Positions 46,001 through 51,822 of a stretch of 51,822 bases of DNA are shown here, piece by piece (within the stretch, counting starts at the first letter, position 1; every line of letters starts with the position of its first letter). Location of the stretch: assembly GCA_000708835.1 (NCBI GenBank), contig DF237284.1, positions 1-51,822 of the forward strand, read 5' to 3'. The notes below the pieces were generated by a model. That model was not told the origin of the DNA, made no database searches, and saw only the letters and a list, made by a program, of their open reading frames with translations. Made by a program: the position numbers and the translations under genes. The stretch comes from Klebsormidium nitens. Lineage: Eukaryota > Plantae > Klebsormidiophyceae.

Positions 46001-47363
46001 CCGGCGGGCCTGGCGGTGCTTCTCGAGAAGAAGAGCCGGCGGATGGAGCTCGCGCTGTACTGCGTCGCGCGTGCGCTCGAGAGCTTCGCGCTGTGCCTCG
46101 CGGAGTGGGGCTGCGTCCCGCGCGCGCAGATCCCGAAGCGCCTCGACGTCATGCTCTTCAGCCTGGCCACAGCCGTCATCATGCACTGCTACGCGCAGGT
46201 AAACAAAAGACTGTGTTTTTGGGCGGGATATTTGTCAAAGTCTCGTGACCCAATCTCTTTTCTCTGGAGTCCCAAGAACAGATTGTCTTCTGAGAGCCTG
46301 GCTACAGCGGTCACCATACACTGCTATGCGCAGGTAAACATTGGATTGTTTGTTTTGGCAGGGATGTTTTGTCGAGCTCTTTCTGATTCAACTTCTCGTT
46401 TTTAAAGGAACTAGGATAGATTCTCTCTTCAGCCTGGCTACAGCCGTCATCATGCACTGCTATGCGCAGGTAGATTGGTTTACCCCTTCAGACCCGAAAA
46501 AAATTCCGTCAGCCTCTTTTGAGTCGAGTCCCGTCTCTAAGTAAAGAATCTGTGTTAGTAGGCCGGCCACAGCGAATCATTGCGTTCTACTATGAGTAGG
46601 TACATAAGGATTACCGTTCCATCTACCTCGAGGGATCCTTGCCAACGTGTTCTGGGTCAGTTTCCTGGTTTGGACGGGAGGTTATGTGCTTCAGCGTGGC
46701 CACCCGTCATCTTATCCAATTCTGAGTATGCGGCCTTTTATGAACCTTTTATGAGTCAATTCTCTGTCTATGGTGTTGTTTTAGAGCATGGCCACTTGGG
46801 TATGTTAATTATGCGACACGCAGGTAGGCTGTGAAGGTTGAGGTTGAGTGTACTTGATAATCTGAATGGCATTCTTTGTAGATCAGGCGGTCCTGCAACA
46901 AACTAACTTTTGTCCTGTTTATAGACGTACTCTCGTCACTCGTGGCCACCGTGTCAAAAGTGTCCCGACCCACCTGCTCGTCCTCTTTTCTCAGAATGCT
47001 CCCTTCTTGAGTATCGAAGGAGTTGCGGGACACTGCGGTTGCACTGCGCAAAGTAAAGTCGCCGGGATTCCCCACGACATTGGTCGGTTGATTTACATCG
47101 TTGCCGATCAGGCTAAGCTCCAAGATGTCGGGCCCCTGAAGCATCTGATTCGAGCGTGCCTGCTTTTCGTTTTTTGACGGGGGCTAAGCCTTGTCGTCCA
47201 CCGGCAGGAACGTGACGTCTTCCGGTCCAAGTATCTGAACGTCCTCGACTTCGTGTTCGGGATCCCGGGCGTCATCAACTCGTGCGGTGCGTCCGACTGT
47301 CCGGTGGCCAAAGACGCCACGTCAACTGCGAAGGCGCCACCTAGCAGCTCGGCCGACCACTGA
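40023..47363 (+). CDS. TMEM135: TMEM135-like (plant-type peroxisomal/mitochondrial) membrane protein
   Basis: Exons 40023-40441, 41603-41752, 42007-42234, 42840-43190, 44139-44219, 44472-44538, 45998-46198, 47208-47363 keep frame. Motifs RYGLFLGSFAG, CSMLHPGQAC, ALPVYIPVYLIPALVVHR, ARSSLFLS, EKKSRRMELALYC, ERDVFRSKYLNVLDFVFG. Confidence 0.85.
43125..43655 (+). repeat. Donor-echo tandem array: ~85-bp unit alternating as a ~169-bp dimer, ~7 copies
   Basis: The exon end CCGGTCTACATCCCGGTGTATTTGATCCCCGCACTAGTTGTGCACCGCCAGAACCTCTTCAGAAA|GTAAGT is echoed, with copy ends at ~43274, 43359, 43432, 43511, 43596 and ~43650. Confidence 0.9.
44012..44118 (+). repeat. Degenerate hexamer microsatellite (CTTGAC/CTGAC/CTTAAC)n just before a 3' splice site
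   Basis: ...TTGACCCTGACCTTGACC...TTGACCTTGACCTTAACCTTGACCTTAACC ends ~19 nt before the AG at 44137-44138. Confidence 0.88.
45395..46055 (+). repeat. Acceptor-echo tandem array: ~145-156-bp unit, 5 copies
   Basis: GCAGTTTCCGGCGGGCCTGGCGGTGCTTCTCGAGAAGAAGAGCCGGCGGATGGAGCTC, with exon-start positions at ~45408, 45552, 45697, 45853 and 45998 (real). Confidence 0.9.
46150..46475 (+). repeat. Donor-echo tandem array: ~135-bp unit, 3 copies
   Basis: AGCCTGGC.ACAGC.GTCA.CAT.CACTGCTA.GCGCAG|GTA with donors at 46199 (real), 46334 and 46470. Confidence 0.92.
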
Positions 47364-48751
47364 AACCTTGTATAAGATGACAGGCGATTATCATCGTCCA
47401 ACTTAGGTCTCGGACGTCAAATTAGGTGACGTCGACTAGTTTTAAGTGCACGCGAAACGATTGGCCGAAGTACATAGAACATAGCGGAATGGAGCAGTGA
47501 GTTGGGTACAAGGATTCTCCATGATCATCCGCTGGGTTGTTATATGGCGACCTAGCTGCGCTGGCCGTGTTGCAATCTGTACAAACGTAGTAAAGTAGAC
47601 ATGGTACCAGTGCTGCGGTGTCCATGGTGGAGCATTCTCTGCCAATATGGGACCGTTTTATAGCGAGACAGCTTGTGTTTTTAGTAACAGAGATCATCGG
47701 TCACGCTTGAAAGGGAATTTGCAGAAGGGTCATGCAGTGCCATCCTCTGTCATTCATCTGGGACAGTATGGTCTGTGTGGCACTGACGAGGGTTGCCCAT
47801 GAGGCTATTGAGATCCTCGATTAATTGGACCTTCAACTTTCCAAAGTTGAGCATGGCGACAGCTTGATTATCGCTGTCAATACTTTTACTGCAGTGATTG
47901 GCTAGAACGTCTAGAGTCCAAGTTTGGGAAGGGGCAGGGCCATATACGCCATGGGTGCTGCATGCAGATTTGATCGTCGGGACGCGGTTTAGGTAACAAA
48001 ATATAATCTAGATCTGCGCCCACTATCGATCCGCGGAGTGAAGCTGCACATGTATGGCGGGCCCGGATCGTGACCCATGAAGTTTGTAGATAACAAACCC
48101 CTCGAAAACTATATATATGACAATCGGCCAACTGACAGGCTTAGTATACTTTAAAAATCGACCGATCGAGGCTGGACATAATTCATCCCTTCCGACAAGT
48201 CCGAGGCCCAACCTGCATATCGCCGTTAGCTTGCGAGGTTCGGCGATAATAATATCATGGTCAAGCGGATTTCTAGTGAGTCCAGATGGTGCAGCATAGG
48301 TGTATTGCCCGATGCTCTTTTCGGATGATGCTGATCTGCATCGCATCACCCCTCGAGTGGAAGTTTTGGGCATTGTCAGTCTTTCAATGGCATATAGCTC
48401 TGCCTTTTAGAAAGATCGGCAACGCCGTCTGCACTCCATTTTTGGATTTACTCGCAGCTCAGATTCTTGCATTACATGCATTTCGACTGTAAAGTGCACT
48501 CAACCTCCATAGGCGAGGCATATCTACTTCATCCAGGGCCGCCATGTGCACTTGACAGTAACTTCTGCTCTATTAGAAAAGCGGGTACTTTTATGAAAGG
48601 TACTGCAAATGGCAACAACGCCGGCATGCGGAGGCACATAATCAACGCTTAGGATGTGCTGAGAAGAGTTGCCAATATTTGATACGCGTGCTCAAGCAAA
48701 AGGGCGCAAAGCAGCTGGCTTGCATGTGCCTGCTGTTTGAGCGAAGTCCTG

Positions 48752-51636
48752 CTAAGACAAGGGGAAGCCACCGCCTGAAAATTCGGCATTCTGCAGAGGA
48801 GAAAGGAAAGGATGTTTGTCAGGTTGGCTGGCCGAAAGTCAAAAACAAATGCACAAGTGGAGATGTCGAGCTTGCTGCCGGAACTTTGTACCAAGAGCAA
48901 GTTCACAAAGAAGCTACTTCGAGGAGAGGCAGTGTTTAACGGGTCGCTGAAAGTTACTGAGGCCATCGTTATCAACGTTGACCATATTTTGTCAAGTTGA
49001 ATGGGACTAGCTAGTAATTCGCAGAGCATTGTACCAGACTGCGTGCACAAGTCCCCAAACAAGTTTATATGTGCTGGCGAATAAGCAAAGAGTTTTGACC
49101 AGCGACCAACAAACGATGCAGAACGTCAGGGATCTGCAACGCAGATCCCAGGATGAACATGACCCAGTTTTTGATCACGAACAGATCGAATGAATCTCGT
49201 GACCCTATCTGCAATGTGGGTGTACTTGAGACTGAGAACGCTGAGACTTGAACGACTTCGTGAATGTAGAAACAGAATGTAGAAATAAAGACCGTTCGAT
49301 TTGGCCGTAATGCTATACTTTGAACAGCGATCAGAAAGTCACATCAAAGATGTGGAAGACCAGCGAGACAAGCGAAACGTGTTAGCAAGTAGACCCTCAC
49401 CGGAGGAACAGCGAGCGATGAAGTCCAATCCGATGCGCTCGTGGGCAACAGGCCCAACGAGTTCAACTGTTCCGCGCAGAAACGGACCAAAATTAGAGAG
49501 CATTCTTGACGAAGTTGCATTAGAAGTCAAAATTCGATTTTCGGTCTGTGCATCACCATCCACAGTGTCCGTCTTTCAAGCGTCGCACTCTTAGGAGAGT
49601 AGCAAGACGTTGATAGACTACGAAAGACGCGTCCATATGATGCATGCGACGAAACAAATCACTGAATTCCACCTAGTTGATGAAGATGCATCGGCTCTGT
49701 GCCCTTGCAAGGTCCAAAGGAGACTGCTCTATTCTTCTCGAACTATGAACGAAAGCGATTTGAGTCTCACCTTCCACAAAGCGATCCCCATTCCTAGGAG
49801 CTGCAGCCCACAGAACGCTAGCCGGGGGAGCAGAACGTCCGTTCTCGCGTCCTTGAACGGGAGAAAGACTGCGAAGGCGCCAACAGTGCCACGTCAGCAC
49901 GAGCGGGTTCTAATATTCGTCAAGCTGCAATCATGCGAGCAATCTGTGTTGACCTTGAAAGAACGGAAACAGTGTTGAGAAGAACCTAACTGTAAGCAGA
50001 CAACGCACATGCTTGGCCGCATACTAGGCCCGCATGGGCTGCCCGTGCCAGAAGAGAAGAAAGCAAGCCGGCTTGCAACCAAGGCATGGATCCCTCAGAT
50101 CATGTCGAGAGGAACGACAGGATAAGCGGAAGATTATTCTGCGTGTTGCAGCGCACGTCCTGAAGGGGCTGCCAGATGCCAGTGGGTTGACAGTATCTTT
50201 CAGTAAGGAGGACTTCAACACTTTCAGAAGAGAGAATCTGAAGACTTGAAGAAAAGAGAGAAGCGAGGCCGGCGAAAAGAAGGTAAGCAGGAATAGAAGA
50301 ACGAGGTCAAAGAAAGCAGCGCGCTCTCACTCTGCGCAGAGCCCCGGATGGCCTGCATGGGCTGCCAGATGCCGGTGAAGGTCATCATGATGCTGAAGAT
50401 CTGCACCGTGCTGCCGCTCATCCACATCATGAACGCCATCATGCCAATCTGCTTCAGGGGCGACCCCGCAACCTCCCACGCTTTCTGCAGAGGCAGAGTG
50501 GCAATGTGAGCAGGGGCAGGATGATGTCAGCGGGGGCAGGACAGAGTTACAAAGGACCTTGATGGCGCCAGAAGCCAATGGTGGTAGAGTTACAAACTGG
50601 ACTAAGATGCCGACATATTGCACATGGTCTCAAATCGGCCAGTGTGTTGGCAAGTGGTCTGACTGTGGATCAAAGTAGGATGATATCCATGTTGCCGGGT
50701 CGGGGATGGTCAGACCTGAAGCGCTATGCGGCAGGGACTTTAGTATGTTGTAGCGACAAACTTTGTCTTTCAAGTCTCCGAGGGGTGGTGGTCGGCATCC
50801 TCATTTAGAGAGCAGACCTTCTTGCCGGTCGTAACAATGCGCAAAGACCTCAGTTGCGAGTCCGGCAGAGCCACTCTGGAACTACTTAGTCACCTTCACA
50901 CTTTGCTCACCACCTTACTATGGTGGGGGAACAAAAGGAAATTACAGAGCACGAATGGAGTTTTCAAAACCTGCTCTAGGCTCCTCCCAGTACCTCCTGG
51001 TTCTTCCGAGGGTACACCACTTGGAAAAAGCAATCTATATTTGAAAAAGGGCAGTAAACGCCACCACTGTGCTCAATCATCGAGTCTTTTTGGGCAGTGC
51101 AAGTGGTCACACAAAAGAGATGCAGGGCACTGCATAGCGGAACATTCGGCTTCAACTTATGCAAATGATACTCTCTCAATTCAGGTAGGATACCACCCTT
51201 CGAGCCATGTGAAACAAACCGCTGCAAATGCAACATGACAAAACTGCAACTCTCACCGTTAGTTTGAACATGTCGGGTGCATTCTTGTCCTTCTTTCCCA
51301 CCGCACTTGAATCTTCCTGCACAATCAAAGTCGCACATTGGATCCCACATTAAAGCACTGAAAAGCTTGTGAGATTCTTGTGCAAGAAGCAGTTAGGCAG
51401 GAGAAAGCAGGGAGAAGCAACTCACAACACATGAGGCAGGACGTGTACAGAGAAACATCATTTGCTCATCATTCGCTGAACATGAAAGTTTTGAATAATT
51501 GCCTCGACAGGGGTTGGCCTACCGCTGGTTCAATAGCATGCTGCCTGTTGTATCCCAGGGGCTCTGGAGCTGATCTGCTACTGGACGGGCCTGTGTCACC
51601 AAAATCCAGAGCCCACTTTCGGGCCTTTGCTGCCAT
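48752..51636 (-). CDS. EMC4: ER membrane protein complex subunit 4 (DUF1077)
   Basis: Exons 51636-51523, 51316-51257, 50484-50331, 49868-49771, 49466-49401, 48790-48752 keep frame. Motifs KAWEVAGSPLKQIGMMAFMMWMSGSTVQIFSI, LNSLGLLPTSASDW and the C-terminal EFSGGGFPL. Confidence 0.93.
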
Positions 51637-51822
51637 CTGCGGCGTCTTCACCTGGGTTCAGCTATCAAGAGACCGTCAGCAAAGGCGTTGGAACGTAAGC
51701 CTTAAGAATGAGCAGGAACTCAATCTGCCTTGAAGGAAGACGCAAAAATATTATCTACTCTAGCTTTTCTAGATGGAGAGAGATCCTTGGTGCGCTCAAA
51801 CGCTGTCCAGTATTACTAATAG

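Noticed and set aside
11620-46475. Reading the periodic arrays as CRISPR arrays
   Set aside because: The context is eukaryotic introns, whole units including the spacers are homologous, the repeats derive from local exons, and no cas genes are present.
50066-50079. 14-bp palindrome GCAAGCCGGCTTGC in an EMC4 intron
   Set aside because: Isolated, with no supporting context; not distinguishable from chance.

Overview
Eukaryotic nuclear DNA with GT-AG introns and about 50% GC. Gene content and style fit a streptophyte green alga such as Klebsormidium (inference only). The left end holds a degenerate Ty3/gypsy LTR retrotransposon on the minus strand (LTR, Met-PBS, gag-CCHC, protease, RT, truncated RNase H, no integrase seen), a frameshifted ORF pair encoding four tandem phage-like CxxC..CxxC zinc-ribbon repeats, and a ~173-bp MITE-like element. 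Six multi-exon genes could be spliced by hand into open reading frames: a DUF89 damage-control phosphatase (-), NDH subunit PnsB5/NDH18 (+), a PNISR-like RS splicing factor (-), a KUP/HAK/KT potassium transporter (-), a TMEM135-like membrane protein (+) and EMC4 (-). The most striking unexplained pattern is repeated 'splice-junction echoes'. In three genes (7 sites), a unit spanning a real exon-intron junction is tandemly repeated 2-7 times into the neighbouring intron. The units are about 135-176 bp, or about 76-88 bp half units, and the copies generally decay with distance from the exon. Several copies keep intact AG or GTAAGT sites and define candidate poison exons or an in-frame alternative donor. 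Two N gaps limit interpretation. All coordinates and offsets were counted by hand; no database search was run.
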